A stretch of 55,783 bases of DNA from Candidatus Velthaea sp. (GCA_046262475.1 JBHEMQ010000003.1:1-55783), one strand, 5' to 3'. Counted from the first letter of the stretch, positions 1 to 10,115 are shown. Program-made: numbers and translations. Notes: generated by a model from the letters alone, not told the origin.

Positions 1-384
1 GTCGTGCGCCGCTTCAACGTCGACGCTGAAGCCGATGAAGAAGACGACGAGTTACAACGTGCGCTCAAGGCGACTTCAGATGCCGCCGTCGCGCGGATCG
101 GCGTCCTGGAACGCGACGGACGTCTGCGCCCCAACGAAGCGCAGGCATTGCGCAAGCGCTACGATCATCGTCACCGGCTTCACCAGACGGCGCACGACCG
201 CGTGGTCGACGAGGAGATGCAACGGCTGGTCGCGGCGGAACGCGAGGTGCTTGCAGCAGAGCGCGAAGCGCTGCTCGACATGCGCGCGCGCCGTGAAATC
301 GACAACGTCGTCATGCGCGATTTGCAGCTCGCTTTGGATCTCACGGATTCGCGTTTGAGCCACGCCGGCGAGCACGCCGACTGA
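1..384 (+). CDS. C-terminal cytoplasmic tail of a CPA1/NhaP-type Na+/H+ antiporter (5' end outside window)
   Basis: The frame is open from the window edge to the stop at 382-384. The Arg/Glu-rich helical tail (RKRYDHRHRL...AEREALLDMRARREIDNVVMRDLQLALDLTDSRL) resembles the conserved tail of bacterial NhaP-like antiporters. No membrane part is visible, so the call is tentative. Confidence 0.45.
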   Translation, partial: VVRRFNVDAEADEEDDELQRALKATSDAAVARIGVLERDGRLRPNEAQALRKRYDHRHRLHQTAHDRVVDEEMQRLVAAEREVLAAEREALLDMRARREIDNVVMRDLQLALDLTDSRLSHAGEHAD

Positions 385-395
385 CTGTGCGCAGC

Positions 396-1553
396 TCAGC
401 CGATGCCGAGCTCGCGGAGAACCTCCTCCGTGTGTTCGCCGAGCGCCGGCGTCACGCCGGGCTCCGCCGGCTTCGACCGGCTCCAGTTGGTGGGAATCGC
501 GGTCGACCGGATGCGGCCTTCGGTCGGATGATCGCGCTCGCGGATGAAGCCGGTCGCCACGAGATGCGGATCTTCGAGCAGGCTCTCCAGATCGTGCAGC
601 GGCATGACGGGTACGTCGTGCGCTTCCAAGAGCGCGAGCCACTCACGGCTCGAACGCGCTGCGACGAGTTCCGCAATTACTCCGTACGCATAATCGTAGT
701 GATTCCGCCGCACGTCTCGGTTCGATAGCCGTTCGTCGGCGGCGAATCGTTCGGCGGCGCCGGCGACTGCAAAGAACCGCTCCCAGTGCGCCTCGTTGTA
801 CAGCAGCACGCAGACCCAGCCGTCCGACGTTCGGTAGGGCCGGCGATCCGGCGTGAGGATGCGCTGATAGCCCATCGGGGCGTTCTTCGGCACGAAGTTC
901 GCGCCGCCGAGATGATCGCTTAACATCAATTCCACCATCGTTTCGTACATGGGAACGTCGACGGCTTGCCCCTCGCCCGTGCGCTCCCGGTACAGCAGCG
1001 CCGCCAGCACTGCGTTCACGGCGCTGATGCCGACGGTGCGGTCGACCGTCAGGGTCGGGACGTAACGCGGCGCGTCGCCGCCCGCGCGCTCAAACAGCGA
1101 CGCGAGCCCGCACGCACCCTGAATGAGATCGTCGTACGCGGCGCGGCGCGCGTAGGGGCCGTCTTGCGCATAGCCGACGAGGCTGACGTACACGATGCGC
1201 GGATTCGCCGCGACGACCGCGCCATAGTCCAATGCGAGTCGCCGCATGGCCTCCCGGCGTACGTTATGCAGAAACACGTCCGCGGTGCGGCAAAGTGCGA
1301 GCAGTGCGTCGCGGCCATGCGGCGTCTTCAAATCCAACACGACACTGCGCTTGCCGCGATTCATCGTTAAAAAGACGGCGCCCATACCGGCGTGGCGCTC
1401 GGGCGGCGTGCGCCGCATGATGTCGCCGTCGGGTGCTTCGATCTTGATGACGTCCGCGCCCAAGTCGGCCATCACGTGCGCGGCCCAGGGGCCCATCACG
1501 ACGGTCGAAAGTTCGATGACGCGAATGCCCTGCAGCGGCCCGCCGTTGTTCAC
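396..1553 (-). CDS. CoA-transferase family III (CaiB/BaiF-like)
   Basis: 385 aa with a GTG start. The N-terminal signature is GIRVIELSTVVMGPWAAHVMADLGADVIKIE. The coding bias is typical. Confidence 0.85.
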   Translation of the reverse strand: MNNGGPLQGIRVIELSTVVMGPWAAHVMADLGADVIKIEAPDGDIMRRTPPERHAGMGAVFLTMNRGKRSVVLDLKTPHGRDALLALCRTADVFLHNVRREAMRRLALDYGAVVAANPRIVYVSLVGYAQDGPYARRAAYDDLIQGACGLASLFERAGGDAPRYVPTLTVDRTVGISAVNAVLAALLYRERTGEGQAVDVPMYETMVELMLSDHLGGANFVPKNAPMGYQRILTPDRRPYRTSDGWVCVLLYNEAHWERFFAVAGAAERFAADERLSNRDVRRNHYDYAYGVIAELVAARSSREWLALLEAHDVPVMPLHDLESLLEDPHLVATGFIRERDHPTEGRIRSTAIPTNWSRSKPAEPGVTPALGEHTEEVLRELGIG

Positions 1554-1868
1554 ACGGCAGCCTTCGTTCCCGCTGCGCGCCTATCCGGCGCCGGCCTGTC
1601 GTTGGCCGTTGCGATCTGTGCACGGCGAGCGGTTGGGTACGACGGACCTTTCGCGCGCCGCTCAGTCGTAGTGCGCCGGCTAGACAGCCCGTTCTCACGC
1701 CGGTTTCTAAAGATGTAAGTGCGGCCGAGCACGACAAACGCGGCGAGAACGAACATTAAACGAGCGGCGGAACGCATGGCAGGCGCTACGGCGTGCGGCG
1801 CTGACAGTCGTAGAATCGTAGGACAACGCGAGGAAATGAGGCGCCCCGTAGGCGGCGAACCGCGCGCC

Positions 1869-2648
1869 ATGGACTTGGGAATTGCCGGAAAGCGCGCGCT
1901 CGTGTGCGCCGCCAGCAAGGGCCTCGGCCGCGGCTGCGCGGAGGCGCTGGCGCGGGAAGGCGTTGCGGTGACGATCGTGGCGCGCAACCCGGAGGCGCTC
2001 GAGCGCGCCGCACGCGAGATCGAGGCGGCGTGCGGTTCGCGCGTGACGGCTGTGGCCGCCGACGTGACGACCGCCGGCGGACGTGCGTCCGCGCTTGCGG
2101 CGTGTCCGGATCCGGACATTCTTATCAATAACGCCGGCGGTCCGCCGCCCGGAAACTTTCGCGATTGGACCCGGGAGGATTGGATTCGCGCCGTCGATGC
2201 CAACATGCTCGCGCCGATCGAATTCATCAAGAGCACCATCGACGCGATGATGGCGCGCCGCTTCGGCCGCATCGTGAACATCACGTCCGGCGCCGTGAAA
2301 GCGCCCATCCCGATCCTCGGTCTGTCCAACGGCGCGCGCAGCGGGCTTACCGGATTCATCGGCGGTCTGGCGCGCGACGTCGCACGCCACGGCATTACGA
2401 TCAACAACCTCTTGCCGGGCGCCTTCGATACCGACCGTTTGCGCGCGACGGTGCAGAAAGAAGCCGAGACGGGCGGGCGCACTCCCGAAGCGCAGATGGC
2501 ACTGCGCGTGCAGTCGGTTCCGGTCGGCCGCGCCGGCACGCCGCAGGAGTTCGGCGCGCTGTGCGCGTTCGTGTGCAGTACGCACGCGGGTTACATCACG
2601 GCGCAAAACCTGCTCATCGACGGCGGCGCGTACCCCGGCACGTTCTGA
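1869..2648 (+). CDS. Short-chain dehydrogenase/reductase (SDR)
   Basis: Track ORF 1719-2648 trimmed to the ATG at 1869 (MDLGIAGKRALVCAASKGLGRG...). The Rossmann TGxxxGxG-like motif sits a normal distance from the start. The C-terminal motif is AGYITAQNLLIDGG. Confidence 0.85.
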   Translation: MDLGIAGKRALVCAASKGLGRGCAEALAREGVAVTIVARNPEALERAAREIEAACGSRVTAVAADVTTAGGRASALAACPDPDILINNAGGPPPGNFRDWTREDWIRAVDANMLAPIEFIKSTIDAMMARRFGRIVNITSGAVKAPIPILGLSNGARSGLTGFIGGLARDVARHGITINNLLPGAFDTDRLRATVQKEAETGGRTPEAQMALRVQSVPVGRAGTPQEFGALCAFVCSTHAGYITAQNLLIDGGAYPGTF

Positions 2649-2701
2649 GCGCTCAGCGCGCGAACGTTCGAGATCCGCATTTTATGGTATGAGCCGCCGG
2701 T

Positions 2702-3601
2702 ATGCTTCGTGTTGTCGCCGCGGCGGTCGCGCTCGTCCTGGCCGTCGGCGGCGGTCTGTGGTGGTACTTCCGGTCCGGCACGACGCGGCCGACCACGGCC
2801 GCGGCCATCACCGCATCCATCGCCGATGCGACGGGGGCGCTGCCGGACACGCCGCGCGCCGTCGTGGTCATCGTCGAAGAGAACAAGTCGTTTCACGACA
2901 TCGTCGATGAGCCGGAGCACACGCCGTATCTCGCCGCCCTGATAAAAAAGGGCGCCCTCTTCACGCATGCGAGCGGGCTGGCACACCCGAGTCAGCCGAA
3001 TTACTTCGCCTTGTTCGCCGGCCGGATCACGCGCAACGGCGATTCGTGTCCCGCCTCCGGACTCGCCACGACGGCGCCCAACCTCGCCGCGGAAGTGCTC
3101 GCCGCGCACCGCAGCTTTCGCGCGTATTCCGAGGACCTGCCGAGCGTGGGTTTTCGCGCGTGCTGGAGCGGCCAATACGCCCGCAAGCACGCGCCTTGGA
3201 CGCACTTCGACAACATACCGGCCGGCGTCGGCGTGCCGTTGACGGCGTTGCGCTCGTTCGATGAACTGCCGGACGTCGCGTTCATCATACCGAACTTGCT
3301 CGACGACATGCACAGCGCGAGCCGCGAACGCGGCGATGCCTGGCTTCGCGCGCACGTAGATCCGCTGCTGGCATGGGCGAAGCGCCGCAATGCGCTGATC
3401 GTGATCACGTTCGACGAGAGCAGTGCGCCGGTTACAAACCACATCCCGACGATATTGCTCGGTCCGATGGTGAAGCCCGGGCGCTACGACGAGCCGGTCG
3501 ATCACTACCGCGTGCTGCGCACCATCGAAGACCTGTTCCGCATCCGGACGCACGCCGGGCATGCCGCCGAGGTGCCGCCGATTACGGACGTGTGGCGTTG
3601 A
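2702..3601 (+). CDS. Membrane-anchored phosphoesterase family protein (phospholipase C / AcpA acid phosphatase-like)
   Basis: 299 aa with an N-terminal TM helix (VVAAAVALVLAVGGGLWWYF). Motifs: VVVIVEENKSFH, HPSQPNYFALFAG, PNLLDDMHS, LIVITFDES. Confidence 0.7.
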   Translation: MLRVVAAAVALVLAVGGGLWWYFRSGTTRPTTAAAITASIADATGALPDTPRAVVVIVEENKSFHDIVDEPEHTPYLAALIKKGALFTHASGLAHPSQPNYFALFAGRITRNGDSCPASGLATTAPNLAAEVLAAHRSFRAYSEDLPSVGFRACWSGQYARKHAPWTHFDNIPAGVGVPLTALRSFDELPDVAFIIPNLLDDMHSASRERGDAWLRAHVDPLLAWAKRRNALIVITFDESSAPVTNHIPTILLGPMVKPGRYDEPVDHYRVLRTIEDLFRIRTHAGHAAEVPPITDVWR

Positions 3602-5219
3602 GTTGCGGCCACACGAGATTGCCGCCGCAATATGTCGCGCGAACGCGGATCGCGCCGATGCGTGAAGGTTCCACCGTCAACGGGTCATCGTCGAGCACGA
3701 CGAAATCGGCGAGATAGCCCGGTGCCAGCCGGCCTTTGATGCCGTCCTCGCCGGATGCGTACGCCGCGTTCACGGTGTAGAGCGCGAGCGCTTCTTCGGG
3801 CGATATGCGTTGCGACCGGCCGAGCGGCGTTCCGTCGAAGCCCGTGCGCGTGACGCACGATTGCAGCGCGAGCAGCGGTTCGAACGGACCGCACGGGTAA
3901 TCGGACGATCCGGCAACGGCGACGCCGTGATCCAGAAACGAGCGGTGCGCGAACATGCGCTCCAGTCGTTTCTCGCCATACCAATCCAAGAGTTTTCCGC
4001 CGTGATAGTGCACGTAACTGCCGAAGGGTGCGGCGATCGCACCGAGGCGCCGCATCCGCTGCAAGATGTCCTCCGTGACGACGGTGCAGTGTTCGATGCG
4101 ATGGTGCAGGTGCGGCTGCGGCTGTTCGGCGTGCGCCGCTTCCAGCTGATCCAGCAGTTTTCCGATTGCGCGGTCGCCGTTCGCGTGAACGCACACGCGA
4201 TTGCCGTCGAGGTGGACGCGGCGCACCAGATCGCGTAAGTCCGCATCCGACGTCGTTTGCATGCCGTAGTCGTCGCTCGTACCCTCGAACGGCTGTTCCA
4301 GCAGGCACGTGCGCCCGCCGATGGCGCCGTCGACGAAACCCTTGATGCCGCCGATTCGCAGACGCTCGCCGCCGAATCCCGTTTGCACGCCGAGCGCGCG
4401 CAGCGAATCGTAATGCTCGTGATGCAGAAGCATGTTGACGCGCAGCGCGAGCATCCCGCGGCGCTCCGCTTCTTGCAGCAGCCGAATGTCGGCCGGACCC
4501 GTCATCGCGTCGGTCAGCGATGTAATGCCCGCCGAGTGAAACGCCTGCACGGCGCGCGCGAGCCCGCGCAGCCGGTCGTCCTGCGTGCTCGCCGGCGCGA
4601 TCGTGTTGCCGCCGCGCGCCGCCTGCGGGTACGCATAGTCGAAGATGGACTGCTCGAAAAGAATTCCGTTCAGGCGTCCGTTACCGTCGCGGCCGAACTT
4701 CCCGCCGGGCGGCGGTTCGCTCGCGTCGTCGAGTCCGCCGAATTCAAGTGCTTTGGTGTTCACGACGCCCCAATGCCCGGCGACGTGCACCACGAGAATC
4801 GGATGCTCTCGGCTCACGGCGTCCAAGTCCCAGCGCGTGAGAACGCGCCCTTCGGCCATCTTCGCATCGTCGTAACGGCTGCCGCGAATCCACTCGCCGG
4901 CCGGCGTCCCTGCGGCGCGCGCGCCGAGCGTGCTTGCGATTTCGGCGAGCGATTGCACCGCGTCGATCGACAAATCGAGATGGAGCATGTCCTCCGCGGC
5001 GATCGAGAGGTGCGCGTGCGCGTCGTTGAAGCCGGGTGCGATGACGGCGTCGCGCATGTCGAGAACTTCGGCGCCGTCGAAACGCTCGCGCATGGCGGCG
5101 AGCGTGCCCGTCGCGAGGATACGTTCTCCCGCGAATGCAAACGCTTCGGGCGCGTCCTCCGTCATCGTGATGATGCGGCGCGCGCGAACGACGGTTATGC
5201 GGTGCGTTCGCGTTTCCAA
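3582..5219 (-). CDS. Amidohydrolase family protein (Amidohydro_3-like metal-dependent hydrolase)
   Basis: 545 aa with the metal motif PGFNDAHAHL near the N-terminus, plus VCVHANGDRAI and GSSDYP motifs. The start overlaps the upstream aminotransferase stop by 25 nt. Confidence 0.8.
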   Translation of the reverse strand: METRTHRITVVRARRIITMTEDAPEAFAFAGERILATGTLAAMRERFDGAEVLDMRDAVIAPGFNDAHAHLSIAAEDMLHLDLSIDAVQSLAEIASTLGARAAGTPAGEWIRGSRYDDAKMAEGRVLTRWDLDAVSREHPILVVHVAGHWGVVNTKALEFGGLDDASEPPPGGKFGRDGNGRLNGILFEQSIFDYAYPQAARGGNTIAPASTQDDRLRGLARAVQAFHSAGITSLTDAMTGPADIRLLQEAERRGMLALRVNMLLHHEHYDSLRALGVQTGFGGERLRIGGIKGFVDGAIGGRTCLLEQPFEGTSDDYGMQTTSDADLRDLVRRVHLDGNRVCVHANGDRAIGKLLDQLEAAHAEQPQPHLHHRIEHCTVVTEDILQRMRRLGAIAAPFGSYVHYHGGKLLDWYGEKRLERMFAHRSFLDHGVAVAGSSDYPCGPFEPLLALQSCVTRTGFDGTPLGRSQRISPEEALALYTVNAAYASGEDGIKGRLAPGYLADFVVLDDDPLTVEPSRIGAIRVRATYCGGNLVWPQLNATRP

Positions 5220-6544
5220 GCGGCGGCGAGATCGCCGATGGCGCCGTCGAGCGCGGCGGCGATCGCGGCGAGGTCCTCGTTCGTTGCGATGAGCGGCGGC
5301 GCGATGTGCGCGACGTTATACCGCCCGAAGGCGTAGACGCCGCGCTTGCGCAGGCCGGCAAAGAGCGCGGGCATGATACCCGCCGTTTTGCCCTGCCACG
5401 GCACGAGCGGCGTGCGCGTGTCGCGGTCGCGCACGAACTCGAGGCCGAAGAACGCGCCGACGCCGCGTACTTCGCCGAGAATTTCATGCCGTGCGCAGAG
5501 GCCGTCGAGGAGCGCGCGCAGCACGGGCTCCATCTCGGCACCGCGCTCGAAGAGACGTTCGTCGCGATATGCGTCCAGTGCGGCGCTGCCGGCGGCCATC
5601 GCCAGCGGGTGGCCGGAATACGTGTGGCCCAGCCACATCGGGCGCTCGTCGAATGACGCCGCGTATTTTTCGCGAACGATGACGCCGCCGAGCGGCACGT
5701 ACGCCGAGGTCACGCCCTTCGCAAACGTGACGAGATCCGGCACCACGCCGAAGCGTTCGCCGCCGAACGCGGCGCCGGTGCGTCCGAAGCCCGTCATCAC
5801 TTCGTCGAATACCAGCAGGATACCGTAGTCGTCGCACAGCGCCCGCAAGCCGGCGAGATAGCCTGGCGGGTACACGATGACGCCGTTCGAACCGACGACC
5901 GGCTCGATGAGGATCGCGGCGACGCGCTCGGGATCTTCTGCGAGCACGACTTCGCGCACGTGATCGAGGGCGCGTTCGGTCTCCGTGCGTGCGTCGCGCG
6001 TGTGGAACGGGCTGCGGTAGGGATACGGCGTGAAGAAGTGCACGACGCCTCCCATGCCGGGTTCGTTCGCCCAGCGCCGGTTCTCGCCGGTGAGCATGCT
6101 CGAGCCGAGCGACGATCCGTGAAACGAGCGATAGCCGGTGAGGATCTTACCGCGGCCGGTAACCGTGCGCGCCACCTTGACGGCGTCTTCGTTGGCATCG
6201 GTTCCGCCGACGGTGAAGAAGACGCGGCCGCCGTTTTCCCACGGCATGAGCGCGACCAATTTTTCGGCAAGCTCCGCACGGCGGTCGTTGAAGAGACCCG
6301 GCGGCACGTATGCAATCGTTTCGGCCTGTTCGCGAATGGCCGCGACGACGCGCGGATGGCCATGCCCGAGGTTGACCGCGATCAAGCCGGACGATGCATC
6401 GATATAGCGGTTGCCGTCGGCATCGAACATCGCGACGCCCTCGCCGCGCACGATCACCGGCGGATCGAGCGCCGCTTGAGCGGACCACGGCGTCAGCACA
6501 TAGCGCTTGTGCAGCTTCTTGGCGTCGGCGAGGCTGATGTCCAT
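5195..6544 (-). CDS. Class III (omega) pyridoxal-phosphate aminotransferase
   Basis: 449 aa with the motifs FDEVMTGFGRTG and TFAKGVTSAYVPLGG (PLP lysine context). Confidence 0.9.
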   Translation of the reverse strand: MDISLADAKKLHKRYVLTPWSAQAALDPPVIVRGEGVAMFDADGNRYIDASSGLIAVNLGHGHPRVVAAIREQAETIAYVPPGLFNDRRAELAEKLVALMPWENGGRVFFTVGGTDANEDAVKVARTVTGRGKILTGYRSFHGSSLGSSMLTGENRRWANEPGMGGVVHFFTPYPYRSPFHTRDARTETERALDHVREVVLAEDPERVAAILIEPVVGSNGVIVYPPGYLAGLRALCDDYGILLVFDEVMTGFGRTGAAFGGERFGVVPDLVTFAKGVTSAYVPLGGVIVREKYAASFDERPMWLGHTYSGHPLAMAAGSAALDAYRDERLFERGAEMEPVLRALLDGLCARHEILGEVRGVGAFFGLEFVRDRDTRTPLVPWQGKTAGIMPALFAGLRKRGVYAFGRYNVAHIAPPLIATNEDLAAIAAALDGAIGDLAAAWKRERTA

Positions 6545-6584
6545 GGCGGGGCTTTGCCGACGTTCGGACCGAAACCCTAGCTAA

Positions 6585-7262
6585 ATGCACGGGGAGACGG
6601 CCTTCAGCGATCTGGGCACCGCCCGCGTCGACATCGCACGAACGCGGCGCACCGGCGTGCCCGAAGTGGTGTTCGCGGCCGGCAAGACGCTCGGGCAAAC
6701 CGAGTCGGTTTTGCGCGAACTCGTCGCGCGCGAGGGTTTCGCGCTGGCGACGCGCATCCCGGACGCAGCCGCCGGCGCCGTGCTCGCGGAGCGGTTGCCC
6801 GATGCCGTTTTCGATGCCGGAGCGCGCGCGCTCCGCTGCGGCCGGTTGCCGCGCAGCGGACGCACCGTCGCCGTCGTCTGCGCCGGCACGTCGGATGTGC
6901 CGGTGGCCGACGAGGCCGCGTTCACGCTGGATGCATTCGGGCATGAAGTCGTGCGCCGCAGCGACGTCGGCGTCGCCGGCATCCATCGGCTGTTTGCCGA
7001 TTTTGACGAGGTCGCGGCGTGCGACGTCTGCATCGTGGCGGCGGGAATGGAAGGGGCGTTGCCGAGCGTCGTTGCGGGGTTGGTGCACGCGCCGGTGATC
7101 GCGGTCCCCACAAGCGTCGGCTACGGCGTTGCCGCCGGCGGCTACGCCGCGCTGCTCGCGATGCTCGCATCGTGCGCGCCGGGCATCGCCGTCGTCAACA
7201 TCGACAACGGCTTCGGAGCCGCCGCGCTGGCGCACAAGATGCTTGGAATTCCGGCGCGATGA
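6585..7262 (+). CDS. larB: Nickel-pincer cofactor biosynthesis protein LarB (PurE-like carboxylase/hydrolase)
   Basis: 225 aa with the motifs GVPEVVFAAGKT and VAVVCAGTSDVPVADEAAFTLDAFG. It is followed by larC with an ATGA overlap. Confidence 0.85.
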   Translation: MHGETAFSDLGTARVDIARTRRTGVPEVVFAAGKTLGQTESVLRELVAREGFALATRIPDAAAGAVLAERLPDAVFDAGARALRCGRLPRSGRTVAVVCAGTSDVPVADEAAFTLDAFGHEVVRRSDVGVAGIHRLFADFDEVAACDVCIVAAGMEGALPSVVAGLVHAPVIAVPTSVGYGVAAGGYAALLAMLASCAPGIAVVNIDNGFGAAALAHKMLGIPAR

Positions 7263-8485
7263 AATGTGCGTACGTCGAGATGATCGGCGGCGCGAGCGGC
7301 AACATGCTGCTCGGCGCGCTGATCGACGCCGGCGCCGACGCGGACGCGCTCGAATGCGCGTTACGAACGATCCCCGTCGAGGGCTGGTCGCTGGAACGCT
7401 CCCGCACCGTCAAGCGCGGCATCGCCGCGACGTACGTCGGCTTCGCGATTGCGGGTGAGGATTGCGCTCCCGGCGAGCGCGCGTGGCACGGCCGGCACCT
7501 CGCCGACGTGCTCGATATCATCGCGCACTCGCGACTCAGCGCGCGCGTCCGCGAACGCGCGAGCGCGATTTACCGGCGGCTTGGTGAAGCGGAAGCTCAC
7601 GTTCACGGTACAACGGTCGACGACATTCATTTTTACGAGATCGGACAAGTCGATGCGATTCTCGATGTCGCCGGCGTGTGCGCGGCGCTCGAGATGCTCG
7701 GGGTCGAGCGCCTGGCGTGCTCGGCATATCCGGTCGGACGTGGTTCCATCGACATGCATCACGGCCGGTATCCGAATCCGCCGCCGGCAACGGCCGAACT
7801 GATGCGCGGCGCGCCCACGGCGCCCGTCGACGTGGACGGCGAGATGGTGACCACGACCGCGGCGGCGATTCTCGCAACGTTAGTGCCTGACCCGGGAACG
7901 CGGCCCGCGATGACGTTCGAGCGCATCGGCTACGGTGCGGGCCGCAGCGACTTTGCCGTTCCCAACGTGACGCGCGTGATCGTCGGCGATGCGGCGGTCG
8001 CCGCAGACGGGGCCGCCGGCCTTGCCCTCGACGAAGTAGCCGTCCTCGAAACGAACGTCGACGACATGGCGCCGCACGCGTTCGAGCTCGCAGTGGAACG
8101 CCTCTTCGCGGCCGGGGCGCTGGACGTGTGGACCGCGCCGATCGCGATGAAGAAGAACCGGCCCGCGGTCATGCTGGCGGCGCTCGCCCCGCCGGCGCTC
8201 GCGGCGGCGTGCGCGCAGGTGATGCTGCGCGAGACCAGCACGCTGGGCGTTCGCACCCGGCGCGAGGCGCGCTATCTGCTGCCGCGCGAGCTGCGCGTCG
8301 TCACCTCGCCGTACGGCGACGTGCGCATCAAGGTGGCGCGCGCGGGCGACAGCGTGCGCGCGACGCTCGAGTACGACGATGTCGCGCGGATCGCGCGCGA
8401 GCGCGGATTGCCGCTGGCCGACGTCGTGCGCGAACTGCAACCGCTCGCGGAAGCGCGCATCGGGCAGCGCGACGCCGTTGTCTGA
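7259..8485 (+). CDS. larC: Nickel insertion protein LarC (single full-length ORF)
   Basis: Track ORF 7019-8485 trimmed to the ATG at 7259, which overlaps the larB stop. The N-terminus MKCAYVEMIGGASGNMLLGALIDAGAD is typical of LarC/DUF111. Confidence 0.85.
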   Translation: MKCAYVEMIGGASGNMLLGALIDAGADADALECALRTIPVEGWSLERSRTVKRGIAATYVGFAIAGEDCAPGERAWHGRHLADVLDIIAHSRLSARVRERASAIYRRLGEAEAHVHGTTVDDIHFYEIGQVDAILDVAGVCAALEMLGVERLACSAYPVGRGSIDMHHGRYPNPPPATAELMRGAPTAPVDVDGEMVTTTAAAILATLVPDPGTRPAMTFERIGYGAGRSDFAVPNVTRVIVGDAAVAADGAAGLALDEVAVLETNVDDMAPHAFELAVERLFAAGALDVWTAPIAMKKNRPAVMLAALAPPALAAACAQVMLRETSTLGVRTRREARYLLPRELRVVTSPYGDVRIKVARAGDSVRATLEYDDVARIARERGLPLADVVRELQPLAEARIGQRDAVV

Positions 8486-9290
8486 GGAACTGCGCGCGAA
8501 AGAGGCGCGGCTGCGGGCGATCTTTCGCGAACTCGGCAGCTGCGTCGTCGCGTTTTCCGGCGGCGTCGATTCGGCGCTCGTCCTCGCGGTGGCCAATGCC
8601 GAACTCGGCGAACGCGCGCTCGGCGTGACCGGCCGTTCGCCGAGCTTGGCCGAACGCGAACACGCGGGCGCCGTCACCTTCGCGCACGACGTCGCCGCCG
8701 CTCATGAAATCGTCGAAACGCACGAGGTGCACGATCCGCAGTATGCGGCGAATCCCGCTAACCGGTGCTATTTCTGCAAGCGCGAACTGTACGCGAAACT
8801 CGCGGCCATCGCACGCGAACGCGGGCTCGACTGGATCGTCGACGGCTTCAACGTCGACGACGAAGGTGATTGGCGGCCCGGGCGCAAGGCGGCGCGGGAG
8901 AACGGCGTGCGCAGTCCGCTTGCCGAAGCCGGCTTTACAAAGCCGGACGTTCGCGCGCTCGCGCGCGAACTCGGATTGGAGGTTTGGGACAAACCGGCGC
9001 TGGCGTGCTTGTCATCGCGGTTTCCCTACGGCACGCCGATCACGCTCGAGCTGTTACGGCAAGTGGACCGCGCGGAGCAAGCGGTACACGACGCGGGCGT
9101 GCGCGTCTGCCGCGTGCGCCATCACGGCGACGTCGCGCGAATCGAGGTGCCCGCCGATGAACTCCCGCGGTTCGCGGATCCGGCTCTGCGCGAAACCGTC
9201 GTGGCCGGCGTGCTCGCCGCCGGATACCGGTACGCGGCGCTCGACCTGGGCGGCTACGTCGCGGGTAATCTCAACCGCGCGCTCGCGTAG
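8478..9290 (+). CDS. larE: ATP-dependent sacrificial sulfur transferase LarE (PP-loop ATPase)
   Basis: Motifs: PP-loop AFSGGVDS, CYFCK, and ACLSSRFPYG (sacrificial Cys context). The track ORF starts at ATG 8379 inside larC. An in-frame TTG at 8478 gives about 270 aa, which fits the family. The start is uncertain (8379 or 8478). Confidence 0.85.
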   Translation: MSEELRAKEARLRAIFRELGSCVVAFSGGVDSALVLAVANAELGERALGVTGRSPSLAEREHAGAVTFAHDVAAAHEIVETHEVHDPQYAANPANRCYFCKRELYAKLAAIARERGLDWIVDGFNVDDEGDWRPGRKAARENGVRSPLAEAGFTKPDVRALARELGLEVWDKPALACLSSRFPYGTPITLELLRQVDRAEQAVHDAGVRVCRVRHHGDVARIEVPADELPRFADPALRETVVAGVLAAGYRYAALDLGGYVAGNLNRALA

Positions 9291-9497
9291 CGGCGCGATA
9301 CCACCGCCTCGACAAGCAGCAATTCGTCCGCTTGGTAAATTACGCGCGCGCGGGCCGGGCCGTAACCGGTTCGGTGCCGCACTGCGGTGGCATACGGCGT
9401 CGTACGCAACCGCGCGCGACCCATCCCTCCCGCATTTTGCGGGCGTACGGCACTCGGCTGGAACGAACGGACGGCGGGCGACCGTTGCTGGGGTGCA

Positions 9498-10076
9498 ATG
9501 CCGGGAATTCGCAACGCGGCGCTTGCCGCACTCGCCGTCGTTCTCGCCGGACCGCCGGTTACCGCGCAGCCGCTCGACCCGCCGGTTTCGTCCTCCGTCT
9601 ACGTCGTCGTTCCGTTCGGCGAACCGGGCGAGACGGACCCCCTGCTCGCGAACGCCACGCGCGACCTCGCGCAAGATCTTTCCGACCGTCAAATCCGCTC
9701 GGCGCTTTCGACGCCAGTCGACGCCGTCGAAGCGGTGTCCGACGCACCGCGCATGTGCACCCAGTTCAACGCTGCCGGCGTACTGGTGAGCCAGTTGAAG
9801 TTCGAGCAATCGAAGGAACGGAACTTGACCGGCTTCATTCCTGTCGTCGGCGGCGTTATTTCGAGTTCCGGCGTGTTCGACGCATCACCGATTCGTGCGC
9901 GCGTGAAGCTCTATCTCGTCGATTGCCACGGTAAGGTCGCCTGGAAAACGGTGACCACGGCCAACAAAGTGCATCATGGCCAGAACGTCCAAGCCGGCCT
10001 TACGGAAATTGCCGGTCAGGCGATCGCAAGCGCTGTGGACGAATTTTCGGCGCGCCGCTTCCAGCAGCAACGGTAG
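9498..10076 (+). CDS. Secreted hypothetical protein
   Basis: Track ORF 9387-10076 trimmed to the ATG at 9498, giving a Sec-type signal peptide (MPGIRNAALAALAVVLAGPPVTAQP). Third-position GC is coding-like. No family was recognised. Confidence 0.55.
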   Translation: MPGIRNAALAALAVVLAGPPVTAQPLDPPVSSSVYVVVPFGEPGETDPLLANATRDLAQDLSDRQIRSALSTPVDAVEAVSDAPRMCTQFNAAGVLVSQLKFEQSKERNLTGFIPVVGGVISSSGVFDASPIRARVKLYLVDCHGKVAWKTVTTANKVHHGQNVQAGLTEIAGQAIASAVDEFSARRFQQQR

Positions 10077-10087
10077 ATATTCGTCGG

Positions 10088-10115
10088 CGGGCCGGAAGGT
10101 GTGCGAACCGGCCCG
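10088..10115 (+). other. Perfect 8-bp GC hairpin between the secreted protein gene and the sensor gene
   Basis: CGGGCCGG (10088-10095), a 12-nt loop, then CCGGCCCG (10108-10115). No T-tract follows, so it is not a canonical intrinsic terminator. Confidence 0.3.

Noticed and set aside
1550-1777. 75-codon ORF (MRSAARLMFVLAAFVVLGRTY...) whose TGA overlaps the GTG start of the CoA-transferase
   Set aside because: The third codon positions are much less GC-biased than in neighbouring genes, and the tail is Arg-rich. This is more likely the promoter or leader region of the divergent gene pair.
7019-7258. Upstream extension of larC, with similar extensions at 25347-25511 (metalloprotease), 1719-1868 (SDR) and 13417-13560 (STAS)
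   Set aside because: The extensions lack family similarity. The internal starts give canonical N-termini or signal peptides.
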